DNA from: Squalus acanthias
Taxonomy: Eukaryota
Direction of reading: 5' to 3'
NCBI GenBank assembly: GCA_030390025.1
Contig: CM059426.1
Coordinates: 95,728,001 to 95,792,000 of the forward strand
DNA: 64,000 nt
In this document: positions 36,760 through 51,531 of the stretch, piece by piece
Position numbering within the stretch: the stretch's first letter is position 1
How the letters are laid out: each line of letters opens with the position of its first letter
Notes under the pieces: model-generated
Database searches by the model: none
Seen by the model: the letters and a program-made list of their open reading frames with translations, nothing else
Told to the model about the DNA's origin: nothing
Made by a program: the position numbers and the translations under genes

Positions 36760-38849
36760 CTCAGGAAGGAAAATTGCCCTTAAATAGCTTCTGCAAAAAT
36801 TCAAAGGCTATTGCAACAATACCGCTTATCAGATAGAATTGAATAATGGGAGGCCTTCGAAGAGATGGTTTGGGTACAGAGTAGACACATTCCCATGAGG
36901 GGGGGAAAGGGAGGGCATCCAAAGCTAGAGCTCCCTGGATTACTAAAGACATTGAGATTAAAATGAGACAGAAAAAGGAGGCTTATGATAATTGTAAGGT
37001 TCACAATTCAGTAGAGAACCATGCTGAATATAGAATGTACAGAGGAGATCTAAACAATGGAATAGGAGGGGCAAAGAGAGACCATGAGAATAGATTGGCA
37101 GCTAACATAAATAGTAAAAGGGTAGTCAAAGGAAGGGTGGGGCCAATTAGGGACCAAAAAGGAGATCATCTTGTGGAGGCAGAGGGCACGGCTGAGATAC
37201 TAAATGAGTACTTTGCATCTGTCTTCACTAGAGAAGAGGATGCCGCCAATGTAGCAGTAAAGGAGAAGGCAATAGCAAAATTGGCTAGGATAAAATATAA
37301 AGAGAAGGTATTTAAAAGGTTGGCAGGCCTCAAAGTAGAAAACTCACTAGGTTACTGAAGGAAGCAAGGGTGGAAATTGCAGAGGCTATGGCCACAATCT
37401 TCCCATTCTCCTTGTATATGGGGGTGGTACCAAAGGACTGGAGGATTGCAAATGTTACATCCCTGTTTAAAATAAGGGGAGAGGGATAAACTCGGCAACG
37501 ACAGGCCAGTCAGCCTAACGTCGGAGGTGGGGAAACTTTTAGAGACAATAATTCGGGACAAAATTAATTGCCATTTGGAAAAATATAGGCTAATAAATGA
37601 AAGTCAGCACGGATTTGTTAAAGGCAAATTGTGTTTGACTAACTTGATCGAGTTCTTTGATGAAGTAACAGAGAGGGTTATTGAGGGTAGTGCAGTTGAT
37701 GATGTGTATATGGACTTTCAAAAGGCGTTTGACAAAGTACCACATAATAGACTTGTTAGCAAAATTAAAGCCCATAGGATTAAATGCACAGTCGCAGCAT
37801 GGATACAAAATTGGCTAAGGGACAGAAAACAGAGAGTAGTGGTGAATGGTTATTTTTCAGGGAGGTATACAGTAGTGTTCCACAGGGGTCGATATTAGGA
37901 CCACTGCTCTTTTTGATATATATTAATGACCTGGACTTGGGTATACAGGGCATAAATTCAAAGTCTGCAGATGACACGAAACTTAGAAATGTAGTAAACA
38001 ATGAGGAGGATAATAACATACTTCAGGAGGACATAGACAGACTGGTGAAATGGGCAGATACATGGCAGATGAAATTCAATAAAGAGAAGTGTGAAGTGAT
38101 ACATTTTGGTTGGAAGAATAATGAGAGGCAATATGAACTAAATGGTACAAATTTAAAGGGAGTGCAGGAAGAGAGAGACCTGGGGGTGTACGTACACAAA
38201 TCTTTCAAGGTGACAGGACAAGTTGAGAAAGCTGTTAAAGAAGCAGATGGGATCCTTGGCTTTATTAATAGAGGAATAGAGAACAAAAGCAAGGAAGTTA
38301 TGCTGAGCCTTTATAAAACACTGGTTAGGCCTCAGCTGGAGTATTGTGTTCAATTCTAGGCACTGCACTTTAGGTAGGATGTCAAGGCCTTAGAGAGGGT
38401 GCAGACGAGATTTACCAGAATGGTACCAGTTATGTGGAGACTGGAGAAGTTGGGGTTGTTCTCCTTGGAGCAGAGACGGTTAAGAGGAGATTTGATAGAT
38501 GTGTTCAAAATCATGAATGGTTTTGATAAGAGTAAATAAGGAGAAACTGTTTCCAGTGGCAGAGTGTCGGTAACCAGAGGACACAGATTTAAGGTGATTG
38601 GCAAAAGAACCAGATGCAACACGAGGAAACATTTTTTTACACAGCAAGTAGTTGTGATTTGGAATGCACTGCCTGAAAAGGTGGTGGAAGCAGATTCAAT
38701 AGTAACATTCAAAAGTGAATTGTATAAATATTTGAAGGGGAAAAATTACAGAGCAGGGAGTGGGATAAATTGGATAGCTCTACCAAAGTGCCAGCACAAG
38801 CACGATGGCCCAAATGGTTGCCTTCTGTGTTGTATCATTCTATGATTCT
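36760..38849 (+). mobile_element. CR1 LINE, ~2.1-kb 3' portion, frameshifted
   Basis: Successive ORFs 36963-38845 cover RT and C-terminus; attctatgattct tail. Confidence 0.92.
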
Positions 38850-40687
38850 AAGAAGGCCTAAGTATGCATGTCACAAAACGTTGCCCATTTATGGCTGGCC
38901 CATACTAAGCCTTCATATGATCTTGAACTCTTCAGCATGCCAACCCATATATTCAAGCTGCAACTTGGTCTAGTCACATCTTCAAAAGACTTCATATATA
39001 AAATCATTGTAACACAACCTAGCTGTGTGATGCATGGTCACTTACTGACACCCAAAATAGGCTTCAGGTTGGGCATATGTCTGTCACTGTGTATGTGCTC
39101 CTAAACTTACAGTATCTGAAGACTACTTCTGTGTTTGCAAAGCAAGATGGCACAGAAAGGGTCATTTAACGAGTAGGAGCTGTGAGCAGATAGTCCCGCC
39201 CACCAGCAGCACACATTGGAAATTTGGACAACACACACCCGAATTTCCCAAATGCACTGCCCGCGAGTATGGATTCGTAAAATTACTCCTAGAATAACAA
39301 AGGAGCAGACCCCGACTGGGGGGAGAGCTCAGAAATTGCAAGCCTTACATTCTCTTGGAGGAGACTACCCTAGACTTTCTTGCGTATGGAGTGCACATAT
39401 CAGCAGAGGTTGAGGAGGCTGCTGGGCTATTCCATTTTTTTTTGGTACAGCTCAGTAATGAATATTATAAATTTAGAAATAACTGTATCTGATTTCATAA
39501 GGTTCTTGCTTTTTGAAGGAGAGGAGTCCTTTTTTTCTAAAAATATATATTTTTCTTATAGTTAATGTTCCTATCATTGGGACAGGATAGTCCAAAAAAA
39601 TCTTTCTTCCTCCATATAAAATTAGCTTTGTATTACAAATTCAAAATGATTAAATCGCAAAGTCAGGCAGTTTGGTTTATTGGTGATACGCTTCCAGATG
39701 CAATTATAACATTACTTTCATCGGCACACACCAACACAGCATCTGATGCTGCAGCTATACTGGGCTACTAGTCGGAGACTGATAAGATGCAGAGTACAGT
39801 TCATAGTCAGCCTGAGGTCAGTGCTTCGCTCCAGCGGATAATTCTGTACATGCTTACGTGTGTACATACAGCTCCACACCCAGCCACAAGAGCTCAGCCA
39901 GGACCATCAGCTTTCTAAAATCATCAAAAAAAACTTTGCTTCAGGTTAGAAAGTGCCCAGGAGGTCCAACAATGTAATTCCCAAGCAGTATTAAATGCCC
40001 ATTCCCTCCCCCCAAAGCTGACTCACAATCCTGCATTCCAAAGTCAATTCAGAACCTGACTCTGGGGTTATATCCTCACTTTACACGGCAGCGACCTAAA
40101 AGTGGCACTGTAACTGCACTAGTAATATGAAATTACAATCTACATGCATTGTTTGATTTCCTGGTTTCCCAGAAAACTGTTTTCAAGTCCTATAATATCA
40201 GAATTACATCCTTTGGAAAGGGTTAATTGAAATGTTAAGTATTTCTGAATTTGAAGATGAGGAAGGAGTCAAAATATATTTTTATATGGAGCGGTTTTAA
40301 GAAAGCTTTGTTCAGAGGAGGGAGCTTTGAAGAAGGCAGTCTAAACCCTAACTCATTTTTAAGTACTTTTGCTTGTATGAACTGTCTTTGCAGGAATGGA
40401 GAGTGGTTAATTGTTTTGTTTTATCCTACTATTGTTGCCTATAGTTAATATTCTGTGTTTGTATTGACCTTATGATGTTATTTTACTGTTATTGCAACCA
40501 TTAATCTTAATATCAAGTTGAAGGCAAAAAACTGTTTTCATGTTCACAAATGTCACATGTAGCTGTAACCAGACAAAAAGCTCATTTTCACTGGATAAAT
40601 AATATTAAATGGAGCCCAAAGCCTCATTCTAATGATGCATTTTAATTGGTTTCTTCAATGATGCTTTTTGATTGCAAACCCGAATGA

Positions 40688-41574
40688 TTCGACTACATTG
40701 ATATGCAGTGTAGATGAAAGCATAAAATTACAAAGGAATATTAATAGATTAAGTGAATGGGCAAAACTGTGGCAAATGGATTGCAATGTAGGCAAATGTG
40801 AGGTCATCCACTTTGGACCTAAAAAGGATAGAACAGGGTACTTTTTGAAATGGTGAAAAGCTAAAAACAGTGGAGGTCCAAAGAAACTCGGGGGTCCAGG
40901 TACATAGATCATTAAAATGTCATGAACAGGTACAGAAAATAATCAGAAAGGCTAATGGAATGCTGGCCTTTATATCTAAGGGACTTGAATACAAGGGGGC
41001 AGAAGTTATGCTACAGCTATATAAAGCCCTGGTTAGACAACACCTGGAGTACTGTGAGCAGTTCTGGGTTCCACACCTTAGGAAGGATATATTGGCCTTG
41101 GAGGGATTGCAGTGTAGGTTTACCAGAATGATACCCCGACTCCAGGGGTTAAGTTACGAGGAGAGATTAAACAAATTAGGGTTGTATTCCCCAGAATTTA
41201 GAAGGTTAAGGGGTGATTTGATTGAAGTTTACAAGATATTAAGGGGAACAGATAGGGTAGAGAGAAACTATTTCTGCCGGTTGGGGATTCTACGACTAGG
41301 GGGGCCTAGTCTAAAAATTACAGCCAGACCTTTCAGGAGTGAAATTAGGAAACACTTCTACACACAAAGGGTGGTAGAAGTTTGTAACTTTTGTTCTGCA
41401 AACGGCAATTGATGCTAGATCAATTGTTAATTTTAATTTTGAGATTGATAGATTTTTGTTAACCAAAGGTATTAAGGATATGGGGCAAAGGCGGGTATAT
41501 GGAGTTAGGTCGCAGATCTCATTGAATGGCGGAACAGGCTCGAGTGGCTAAATGGCCTACTCCTGTTCCTATGT
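40688..41574 (+). mobile_element. CR1 LINE 3' fragment
   Basis: LQRNINRLSEWAKLWQM...HLEYCEQFW...RRLRGDLIEVYK; CR1 3' UTR. Confidence 0.9.
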
Positions 41575-41711
41575 GGGGAGAGGGGGAGAAATTCTGGGTT
41601 GAAGAAGCCTAATAAATGATGCATTTCAAGTCCTCAGCCATGTGTAATGGAATTCACTTACCTAGTAAAGCTATGGATACTACACAACAGTCAGTACAGC
41701 AAAGACATATA

Positions 41712-41873
41712 AAGAAATAACAACAGAAAGTGCTGGAAACACTCAGCAGGTCAGGCAGCATCGAGGAGAGAGAAACAGAGTTAACGTTTCGAGTCGAACC
41801 CTTCGTCAGAACTGGAAAAGGTTAGGGAAGAGAGATTTTTAAGCAGGGGCAGGGAGGAGGGGAGGAAAGAACA
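41712..41873 (-). mobile_element. Penelope-derived 3' fragment with hammerhead (HHR 41779-41813)
   Basis: Minus strand AGUU-CUGACGA-A-GGGU(UCG)ACUC-GAA-ACGU-U-AACU plus the same tail and upstream pyrimidine tract as 52720-52895. Confidence 0.8.
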
Positions 41874-42994
41874 GTCCTACAGTTATGAAACTATAGTCAG
41901 TGTATTTAAGCATCATATGACAATATACTACAACTGACTGTAAAATAAATGTAAACGTGAATACCACTGTGTAGCACAATGGAGTGGCGGAATAGGAAGG
42001 AAATCCCCAGGCTATTCTCATGCATTTCTGTGCATTAACTCATAGCAGCATTGGCAGCAGCTCAGCCATCTGCTCAAACCTCTCTGCTGCAAGAAGGAAG
42101 ACCCTAAGTGAGGAATGAAAGAAAATAGAAGGTCTTCTTCCCTCACAAATAATAAACAGATATAAATGTATATGAACACTGAAATGAAAAAGCCCTAATC
42201 AGTTTTGATCGCACCTTAAGATGCAACTGACACAATTGTGTCTTTGTGGAATAATGTTCACATTATTTTTTTTAAATCCTCCCTACGTTATGTATACGCT
42301 TTAGAAACATGCTTGAACTTAGCTGACTAAAACTGGAAAATTCTCTGGTACAACATGCAAAACAGCTTGAAAAAAATAGACAATTCTAATCAGAGTGATT
42401 ATGAGCCATGTTGTGACACTTCACACAACTCGTCTAGTCCCTGCAGCTACAGCAACCGTTCCTATGATCACCACGACCAGCCATCGGTCTTGCATATGAA
42501 TAAAATCAATTCCAACAGAGTTGTTCATTTTTGAGAAGCCTTAAGATGATAGCCACTGTGACAGATAACATTTGAATTCCTACTCAAACAGTTTTAACCT
42601 AAAAATCTGTCCTAGGAAATTAATTCATCTATCTAAACCCTTCATTTGCATATAGGTCAGATCAGACTGCGCTATGAAACAATTTATGAAAATATTAAAA
42701 ACCTTTAAAAACAAAAACTAGTAAGTAATCCAACTCAAATTAATAAATGGCAATGCAGCTTCTCTCCCTCACAGATTTTCCTGCTTTGTGTTGAGCATTT
42801 TCTGGGAGCTCATGATCCCATTTAGCACAGGTTCCAAATTCCTGATAATCTCTGTGAATTTGAAATTACAACGCTGGAAAGATGGAATATTGTTTTAATA
42901 AAAAGCAAATTGCACAACTTTGGCCATTAAAGTTATGCTTAATTATTTTTATCGCAATCAATTCTGTTCTAATTGTCTATATTTATATGATCAA

Positions 42995-43690
42995 TAGCAT
43001 TGAAAATAAAATAAGTGAGCATTTAGAAATGCATCGGTTAATCAAGGACAGCAGCATTGACTTATTCAAAGCAAGTCCTGTTTAATGAGGTAACGATTTG
43101 AATAAATAAAGGGAACACAGTAGATGTAGTGTATATGAATTTTCAGAAGGCATTTGATAAGGTATCTCACAGGAGGCTCGTTAGAAAAATTCAGAGCATG
43201 ATATAAAAGGAAACATAGCAGCATGGACAGAAAGTTGGTCGATGGACAAGAAACAACGAACTAGGGTAAACGGGTGTTGCTCGTATTAGAGGATTAGGTC
43301 AGTGTTGGGTCGATTTTTGTTCTCAGTATATATAGATGATTTGCATTTGGGCATAGGGAATGCAATCTCAAAATTTGCTGATAACACAGAAGTAGGAAAC
43401 TTGGCAAACAATGAGGAGGACTGTAAAAGATTTCAGGAAGATGTAGACAAGTTAACAGAATGGGCAATTAGGTGGAAGTGCCAATTTAATGTGGATTAGT
43501 CTGAAGTAATACATTTTGGGAGGAGAAACAAGGAATGCGATTATACACTCAATGGAAAGACATTGAACGGTGTGGATGAACAGAGAAACGTAGGGTTTCA
43601 AATATATAAATCTCTGAAAGTGCAAGTGCAGGTAGGTAAAGCCATTAAAAAGGCTAATAAAATGTTGGGTTAATAGGAGTATAGAGTACA
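42995..43690 (+). mobile_element. Old degenerate CR1 RT fragment
   Basis: [30 protein letters not shown]. Confidence 0.75.
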
Positions 43691-45053
43691 GTAATTCCAA
43701 CCCCACCATCTCATAAATCATGAGACAAACTCTTAAAAATCATGAGATTTGGTAAGAAATCATGAGTTGTTTTTTTTTTAAATTCGTTCATGAGATGTGG
43801 CCGTCCCTAATTGCCCTTGAGAAGGTGATGGTGAGCCGCCTTCTTGAACCGCTACAGTCCATGTGGTGAAGGTACTCTCATAGTGCTGTTAGGGAAGGAG
43901 TTCCAGGATATTGACCCAGCGACGACGAAGGAGCGGCGATATATTTCCAAGTCAGGATGCTGTGACTTGGAGGGGAACTTGGAGGTGATGGTGTTCCCAT
44001 GTGCCTGCTGCCCTTGTCCTTCTAAACCAATATAGATTGACATTCCGTTTATAAACCTCATTAGTGGCTTTATTTAATCTCGAACAGGTCACAGCTCTTT
44101 ACAAAAACTATATTACTGCATCTGAAAATGCTTTACAAAAAACTTTAAAGAAATCCTACCCGTTATCATCACCCCTCACCTCGTGCCCAATACAACCACC
44201 ACGCAGTGCAGTCCCTGCAGCTGCCAACCAAAGGTATTCAGCCCATAAAAGCTCATCCCTCTAGAACCCTAACCAACTTTAATTTGAACTATAAAATCAA
44301 TTAAATCATAGAAATGACAGCAGCAGTATTGCCAGCTCTCGCGATTCCATCGCGAGATACGCAATTTCCGAGTGAAATAAAGCTTCTCTAAATGCCTAAA
44401 TCTTGGATTTTTTTGAAAAATATGGCAATTTGCGCATTGGGATTATTAATATCAGCACCAAAGTTTTTTTGTGATGAAATAAGGTTTAAAAATTGGAGTG
44501 CTAACATCTCTCCAAGCTCAGTAATGTCTGGCCCAAATGTTTGGAGATACACAGAACGTCAATAAAAATGTATAATAGGGGAAACATGACAGATTGCCAT
44601 GCTTTGTTTCTCAAATACTTGGAGAAAAACTGCTTTTGGAAAATGGCAACAAAAACAAAGAATGTTTGACCTAATTGGATATCCCTGCAACACTCTGCAG
44701 TATTGCACACTAAATGTTATCTAAGTTAAGATTTAGTTGTGCTCTGTCAGGTTACCTCCACTTATATTTTATTATGGTGTTTTTTTTTAAACACATGTCA
44801 ATTGATATGAATTCTGCTCTCACCTGGGAAAGACACCAGTCACATTTCTCAAAGGGCCTCTGTTAAGACTCAATATTAATGTGGTTTCACAAGAAGATTG
44901 GGATTACTTTATAACGCCAGGAAATTTTAATTTTACTTCCTCAGAAGTGTGGGATAACAAGTGAAAGAATTCCCTGTGCTGGCTTAGATTTCTTCACTTC
45001 AATCAAGGATTGTTTGGCTTAAAAAGTTCTGATTCTCCGTGGCTTTACTTTTA

Positions 45054-45530
45054 GCTTACCTGTTGCTCTCCCACCTCATGCTCAGCCACTTTGCGCTGCC
45101 TCAGTCACCACGGCAACCCTGCAGGAGGCGCAAGATATCGCGAGATCTCTTGGTATTCGTGACGAGAAGGAAGGGGTCCAAGGTCACGGAGCGAATCGGC
45201 GCAACATGGACTGCGGCGCTGTCGTCAGCCGGGGCCAGAGGGGAGGAAGCTGAGCGTGGCTCCCTCTGCTCGGAGGGAGGAGGAGGTGGCTCACTTGGTC
45301 GATTGTTCACCCTGGTTAATCCTGGCCCTCGCCTGTGCGTGTTTATATATGAGGGCGGCCGGGCCGAGCTGAGCCCACGAACTTGGATGCGGCGGAGAGA
45401 GGAGGAACCCAATGGATGTTATGGAAAGCCCTCTGAACCTGGTGGGTTTTTTTGCGCATGCGCAAATCGCATTTTTTTTCCCATCACGAGTGAAGCTTTA
45501 TTTCACTCGGAAATCGTGCGTCTCGTGATG
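45054..45530 (-). promoter_or_regulatory. CpG-rich promoter with candidate first exon (~45315 to 45060)
   Basis: High CpG; minus-strand TATATAA at 45342-45350; NRF1-type palindrome TTTGCGCATGCGCAAA 45451-45466; CCAAT near 45409; donor CAG|GTAAGC at 45060/45059. Confidence 0.6.
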
Positions 45531-47756
45531 GAATCACAAGAGTTGGCAATACTGAGAGTACAAAAATAAAGAAGTAATAATATATTTGTACAAAACATTG
45601 GTTCGGTTAAATTTTTTGTACTGTGTGCTATTTTGGGTGTTTCATTATTCAACGGACATTAAAGCCACAGAAAGTACATAGTTTGGATTCACCACGATGA
45701 TGCCAGGGATGGTAAACTACTGTAATGGGGAGAGACATAAGCTATTGGAGCAGAGGAGATTTAATAGAAGTTTCTAAAATTAAAAAGGGTTTTGGTAAGA
45801 GTCAAAAGGGAAAGACTATTTCCTCTGGTTGGGGAGTCAGTGTCGCTGAGAGTGAGAAGAGCGGTTAGGAGGAATGTCTTTACACAGGGTTGTTGAAGCA
45901 TGGAATATGGGCCCAGACTAACTTCTATCCCATTGTGTCTTAATAAGCCAATCATATGACACATTATGCATCAACACAAAGCAATTTCAGCTTTCCATTT
46001 ATGCAAATCGTCTACTAGAATCCATTCCTGAGGAATTCTGTAGTGTTTTTGTTTTCTTTATATGTACAGGATTACATTGCTGCTGATATTTTGTTATGTT
46101 GCTTGTGATCACAGCTGGTATCTCAGGGAAATTAAAATGCAGGTGCCAGTTGAGTGTTGTCCAGGCAAAACATAAACCACAAACATTTTCAGTTACTGGC
46201 CAGGATGTCTCATGGGGATATTGTGCCAGTATGCAGTTGATAGCACAGCATCTGGGTAAGTACAATTTCCATCGTCATCGGTCTATTTTACAACAACCTT
46301 CAACACTTGTCAAAGTTATTACACTCAGAAATATCTGGAATATTGCATAAATGAAGTGCAGTGTTGAACAGGAGCAGAATCTGTACCTCTAACACTACTA
46401 CAACAACTTTAATTTATATAGCACCTTTAACATAGCCCCAAGGCACTTCACAGGAGCGCAATAAAACAAAAATTGTCACCAAGCCAAAGAAGGAGATACT
46501 AGGACAGGTGAGTAAAAGTTTGGTTAGAGGCAAGTTTTAAGGAGTCTCTTAAAGGAGGAGCGGTGGAGAGACGGAGAGGTTTAGGGAGAGAATTCCAGAG
46601 CCTACAATTTTCCACCCATTACAGTAAGTCACAGGTTGGGGAGTGTGGAATGAGAATTGATATCCTTTTGGATCATAAATTATTCAGCCACATTACAGTC
46701 CACAGTGTACAATTAACTATGTTACTTTAAATAATAAACTGTGACTATAAATCTTAAAACTAAAATGATGGGCATGGCATAGTATAACTTTATATTTTAA
46801 TGTAACAAATTCATGATCTGTGAACAACACATTTACATGAAATATATTGTTAGCAGTTCCACTTTTTGTGGAAATTATTGAGTGGAGAGCTCTGTCCCTT
46901 ATCAAATAATACTTTGCTTAACAAAGAGCTCAGAATTTTAGATTTTCAATCCTATGTGATATTGTGTCTTTCTAGGCCAATTATATGACATCCTATGCAT
47001 CAACTCAAAGTAATTTTGGCTTTACCTTTATGCAAACAGTGCTTCACAGGAGTATAACCCGACAAAAATTGACACCAAGCCCAAGAAGGAGACATTAGGA
47101 TAGGTGACCAAAAGCTTGTTCAAAGTGGTAGGTTGTAAGGAGGTTCTTAAAGAAGCAGAGAGAGGTAGAGAGGCGGAGAGGTTTAAGGAGGGAATTCCAG
47201 AGCTTAGGGCCGAGACAGCTGAAGGCACGGCCGCCAATGGTGGGATGAAGGAATAGGGAGATGGACAAGAGGCCAAAGTTGGAGGAATAGATTCTGCCAC
47301 TGAGTCCTTTATAAGCAATATGTATTGTAAAATCACAATGGACTGTGATCCTAAACAACAAGTTCTTTACATGCAGCATAAATTATCAATGGGAGTTTCT
47401 TCCTTCAGTCATGAAACTCCAGATGGCATGACCTTTAAGATGTTAGTCTCACACCTGTAGATTCAAGACATAATCCTGGTAGACACTCAGATCTACCTTC
47501 CACAAGTTCCTTGTAACTGGACCACTAAATGAGATGCCTTAATGCCTTGTATATTGGGGGATATCTCTGCTCAGGGTGTGAACAAAGGCGGTACATAGTC
47601 TGGAGCCATTTAGACCAGGAAATATCAGCTTCTGAACACTATTCATAACTCCTGCTGAAAGTGTTCATGTGTGGAATTTGGGTGAGGTCCGCATCAAACT
47701 GTGCCATGGTGCCATCAGAGCTGACTGACACTTACTCGTCACGCTCATACTGTAAT

Positions 47757-48230
47757 CCAGAGAATGCAAGTTCAAAGTCCACCATGGCAGTTTGAGAATT
47801 TGAATTCAGTTTAAAAAAATCTGGAAATAAAAAGCTGGTATCAGTAAAAGTGACCTTGAAGCTGTCGGATTGTCATAAAAACCCAACTGGTTCGCTAATG
47901 TTCTTTAGGGAACATTCCGACATTTATTGCCCTAGTGGGCCTTCTTCTTGAACTGCTGCAATCCATGTTTGTAGTAGCTTGAGACAACTGAATGGCTTGC
48001 TAGGCCACTTCAAAGGGCAGTCAACCACGTTGGTGTGGGACTGGAGGCCAGACTGGGTAAGGACGGCAGGTTTCTTTCCCTGAAGGACAGTAATGAACCA
48101 GTTGGGTTTTTACAGCAATCTGACAGCTTCATGTTCACTTTTACCGATACCAGCTTTTTATTTCCAGATTTTTTTAAACTGAATTCAAATTCTCAAACTA
48201 CCATAGTGGGATTGAAGTCACGTTCTCTGA
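47757..48230. repeat. Inverted pair of a SINE-like repeat (~47757-47912 vs ~48075-48230)
   Basis: gagaatttgaattcagttt...ctggaaataaaaagctggtatc...aaaacccaactggttc present in both orientations. Confidence 0.8.
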
Positions 48231-51200
48231 ATTGGCAGTCCAGTGCCTCTAGATTACTAGTCCAGGAACATAACCACTACACTACTATACCCACTGACAT
48301 AATAATATTACTGTAATACTGAATTGTTGACTATTGGCATGAAAATTAATTTAAACTAAACAAACTTACTTGAGGTATTAGTGACAATTTACTGCAGTAA
48401 AATAATGTAGTAATGAAAGAAAAAAATAATTATTCTTCCGCTTTCCACTAAAAAAAAATCAAAGTCTGCTACTTCTGATCGTGCCAGCTTACTAAAAATG
48501 ACCTACTGAACAGTTTTCTGTTATTTTGATGTTGATCTGGGGTTTTTTTCCAACTGTGAATCCGGATATGGCACAGATGTGACAGTTATCCAGAAGCCAA
48601 ATACTCCAAAGTTACATTACAGCATTCTAAAAGGCCTCACCTGCAATAATTCAGCATTGCCAGTTGATCACTACTCTGTGAGTTAACTGATCTCAGCCAG
48701 AGCAGCAGATGAGGCACTTGGCTTAAACACCACTGGGCTAGAAAGGGGGAGGGGGAAAATTAGCCGGGGTTCCCACTCCAGATCACTAACTCAGTGATCC
48801 CTGCAGTAAAGCGCTCACATTTGGATTGGGCGAGGACAGGATAATGCTTAGCTGGTCGTATAGCCCGCCAACACTCGCTGTCTAGGCTCACATGTGAAGA
48901 ATGGTCACTGACCAGAGGTGGTTAATGCCCATGGAACTATACTCCAGCAATTCAGGCCTACCAGAGAGTAATGCAGAAAAAAAGGAGAAAATTAGAAGAA
49001 AAAACAATTACTGAAGAAAGTTAACATTGTGTTTTGTTTTCTAGCCTAAAAAGAAATGAAAGCTACAAAAAATAAGATAATAAGACAGTAAAAGGGAAGG
49101 AGCAAGATAAATTAAAATGACCCAATATATGTGGGGAGGCAAACTATTGAAAAAAATGAAAGAAAGAAATCAAAGAATAAACAGAAAACAGGAACTGTTT
49201 GAAGATTTTGCCCACCCACCCCTCTGAAATGGTGATATTTTGATGCCACTCCTATATTCAAAATGTAATCCATGAGTAAAATGGAAGTGCTACCCTAACC
49301 AACAGTTATGAGCTTCCACTCATTTACTGTGGGCTTTGAACCATTCCTAGAGTGGATCTCACAATAAACATTTAAAGAAAATGGAAGCTTCCAACAAGGT
49401 AGCTTTCTAGCAGATGTCTCCTTTATCAGTTATCATCAACAAAACCAATATTCTGACAAATAGCAATGTACCCGCACGATTGTTTTTGTTTTGTTACCCA
49501 AACTATCAGTCACACTTTATACATTTTAACCCAATCTTTCTTCCAGCTGTATGGAAAAAGTATTTATTTTAAACAATAGAGCAGTGAGAGCCACCCACAC
49601 GTCGGTGCATATGTGGTGCCATGGAATATTATGCGTAACAAACCACCTCCACTGTACAATCAAGTTACTAACAAATAAGGTAAACATGTCAAACTTCCTT
49701 ACAGCACCAAACTATTCTCCTCGAAAAATTGTCTGAAAGTTATTTTCTTTCCAAATTAATGTCTTTCTATAGCACCCTCCAGTCTAAATATCATGGCTTT
49801 TGGTGAATCAGGAAACTTAAAATTAGTTTGAACCCTTCAGTGAAATAATACATCTGTTTTGTTGACTTCGTAAGATTAAACATTGAAAAATTGTAATCCT
49901 TTTCAGTTATTAATTTGTTTGTGCTACCTTTTGTTTGGCCTCAAATCTAAACATAAAAGTAACTTGGTCTGGAATTCAATTTGATTTATCACTACATTCT
50001 TTAAAAGTATTGCCGACTTGATTAATTATTGAAAAAAATCTTACTAGGTGACAGTTTAAAGCTGGTGCATAGTTAAATTTATATTGTTTATTACTGCACA
50101 AGCTATGCTTCATATCTAAAAGATAATGCTTTACTCTGCATGTAGTTATTGTCTGATAAAGTGTAAGCTCACTGCAGAACAGCAAACCCTAATGTACAAC
50201 AAGGCCTATTGGCAGGAAGCTTCTATGTACAATCCACTTCCAGCAACCACCTGATTATTTTAATGCTTTTCTTTAAATAATGAATCTGTAGAAATTGAAA
50301 ACGACATATTATTTGTAATCCTATCTGCATTGCCACACTACATCATATATGCTGAAATGTGTTGTCATTTTATCTACCTTGATACCTCAAAGTTCATATG
50401 AAATAAACAAGGCAAAGATGCTGCCTTCTCTCCACGCAGAAAGATTGGCATTGTTTTGGTGTACCGTTTAAACACTGAATTCATTAATATGCATTCTTCT
50501 GAACAAGTTGGACTACTTCGACAAAATTACCAACACAACAGTAAATATCACTTTTGAAAAAAAAACTTTGTGGAATGCTGGCAAACTTTACCCAGTACTT
50601 TCATTTAAAATGTCAGCCCTCCAAGACATGTTGAAGACATTTTAATAGTGCTAGCTTTGATATAACTGACTTGAGGCTCCAGGTGTTGCACATTGTAAGT
50701 GTATATTGTAGTATTAGTGAACATTATTAACAGTGTATTGTTGGTGTACGAGTGTACCTCGAAAGTGCTGCACATTGCAGATATACATTACTGCGCATTA
50801 TTGGTGGTTATCATATTTGTGCATTACAAAGACAATATTCTCCCACTTCATTTCCCAACATACTGTACAGGTCATAGCCACAGTTTATTTTCTGCTCATT
50901 TCTGCCAAACTTACTCTCTTCAATTTTTAAACCCTCTCCAGTTGATTTTTAAAAAGTTTTAATTTGTTTCTTGTTCTCATTTTGCCTCAGGCGTGAAAGA
51001 AAATGTGCCTCCCCACGTGATTAAATTCAACACGATTCGATGGGTTTAAGTAACGAAAATAACAAAACTAACGAATAGTCCGAGTCCATCTCCACAGATA
51101 AAAACAAACGGTGCCGCTCGGCTCCGACAATTCTTCCGATGCTTTCAGTATTTATTCAGTGATTTTATTAGCAACAGGACGAGGTGAAAAGCGCGGCAGA

Positions 51201-51531
51201 TCCTCCTGGGTCCGGCCGGTCCCCAGACTCAGGAAACCCTCCGCACTCTGCCCAAGTTTCACCATTTAGCAAATATTTCCACAAATATAGCAAAATCTGA
51301 ATTTTGACTCAGAAAATTATATTTTCATTTTTATTTTTGATGCTAAACAATTCGAAAAAGCGTTTCACTGTGATTTTCTTTAAGCAATGTCTTTTTATTT
51401 TAGTGTGTTTTATTAAATTGGATCGATGTTCCCAATGAAATCAGCCTGTAATTAGAACCAAGGATAGGAAGAGAGAGAGACATGTCTCGGCAATTTTTTT
51501 TAAATAAGGCTTTTATCTGATTATTGCGCCG

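Noticed and set aside
45039-45569. 176-aa plus-strand ORF
   Set aside because: Non-ATG start, no recognisable domain, and explained by the high GC content of the CpG-rich promoter
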